DNA from: Chiloscyllium plagiosum
Lineage: Eukaryota
Length of the DNA stretch: 37,808 nucleotides
Assembly (NCBI RefSeq): GCF_004010195.1
Contig: NC_057758.1
Location: forward strand, 986,562 to 1,024,369
Reading direction: 5' to 3'
Shown: piece by piece, positions 36,731 through 37,808 of the stretch
Layout of the letters: each line of letters opens with the position of its first letter
Numbering within the stretch: position 1 is the stretch's first letter
Translations under genes and position numbers: made by a program
Notes under the pieces: generated by a model
The model's input: only the letters and a program-made list of their open reading frames with translations
Databases searched by the model: none
Told to the model about the DNA's origin: nothing

Positions 36731-36859
36731 GGGACATGTTTCAGTGCCCGTAACGTGAGTAGAAGAGATTAGCATAAGCGAGTCTTCGTTGCCAAGCATA
36801 AAGTAAAGAGGCGTACCTGTACCTCATGAGCTGCCCAACTCCACCTCAGCCTTCCCCTG

Positions 36860-37808
36860 TCAGTCACACTGCTCTCCAGCCTTCTGGACAAATTGACGCT
36901 ATCTGTGTTGGCACTGTCTCGCCCAACGGTCCATTGCTCCCCAAACAAAGTACACATATGCCAGCGCATCTACATATGCCAGATCTACATATGCCAGATC
37001 TACATATGCCAGCGCATCTTCCTCTCTCTTTTTCGCAACACCTGCCTCCTACGGCTGGGCCACCATCTGCATCAGAATTAGCTGCGCTTATGTGCTTGCT
37101 GTTCCATCTTTCATTTCCTCTTATCCTTCTCTTGGGTTAGCATTTTTTCTGCATGTATCACATGTTGTTCTATGAAATTCTGCTTTTCCATGGCCCAGGT
37201 AATACATCTTCTTCCCTATTTCGGCCTTCATTCCACTGATCCTCAGATGTGCTTCAACTGGTGTGATTTTTGCCGCCGTTATGTCGTCGGGTGAGAAGCG
37301 TAAGGTACTGGGACACTGTCTCAAGTTCCCGTTGTTTACAAATTGCAATTTTGGTCATGTCCATTCGCACTGGGAATGCCTCCCAGGCGGTCGCCAGCGC
37401 AGCAATAAAAGCATTAAAGTCTCTGTTCTGCTCCACTTGCGGGTTGCCTACTGTGGTATGGATGTTTGCGGTTGGCCAGTTATACTTCTCCTGGGCTTCT
37501 TGGTCCAATATGTTTCGGGTACGAGATGCTACCAGTGATTCAGTGGACCCTGAAGTGGCGGCCGCTGACGTGGTACCTTCGTCAGCTGGATCTCGGAGGG
37601 GGGCTGTAGGTCTCGGAGGGCAGTCATCAAGATCAGGATCTGAAACAGAATTAAGATACTGTACAACTTTGTTTGGTTGTTTTCCGCGCAAGTCTGCATG
37701 TGCGCTGGTGTGTGTCCATGTATTTGATCTACCCTTTACTTGAGATTTCCTTTCCCTGATATCAGCCTAAGCCTTCCACATGTTATAAGCACTCCAATTC
37801 ACAGGTTC
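36860..37808 (-). pseudogene. gag: ERV gag remnant (capsid C-terminal/MHR region), runs off the window end
   Basis: EAFPVRMDMTKIAICKQRELETVSQYL resembles the major homology region (Q...E....Y). It is followed by a frameshifted ..SGMKAEI.. segment and lies upstream of IN on the same strand. Confidence 0.75.
36954..37019 (+). repeat. Tandem repeat of 18/15/15/18-bp units
   Basis: acatatgccagcgcatct, acatatgccagatct x2, acatatgccagcgcatct. Confidence 0.95.

Noticed and set aside
36954..37019. Short direct repeats as a possible CRISPR array
   Set aside because: No unique spacers, no cas genes, and vertebrate context.

Overview
Repeat-dense eukaryotic DNA, almost certainly from a shark or other cartilaginous fish (HE1-type V-SINEs, HER1/CR1 LINEs, shark-type Penelope termini). 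There is a 500-N scaffold gap at 9848-10347. No intact protein-coding gene is visible. The only host gene is a two-exon GPR139/GPR142-like GPCR pseudogene (16973-18760, +). The rest is decayed CR1 LINEs, SINEs, Penelope-like elements with hammerhead-like cores, a Gmr1-type Gypsy element (gag-PR-INT-RT order, SCAN-like capsid) and an internally deleted class I (epsilon-like) endogenous retrovirus inserted into the RT of that Gypsy. The key structural signal is a permutation. The window ends with the 5' half of the Gypsy RT followed by the ERV 3' LTR, and it begins with a second copy of that LTR followed by the exact continuation of the same RT. This implies either a tandemly duplicated unit of at least 36 kb carrying the GPCR, or contig mis-ordering across the gap. 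All calls were made by eye, without database searches, and boundaries of old elements are approximate.
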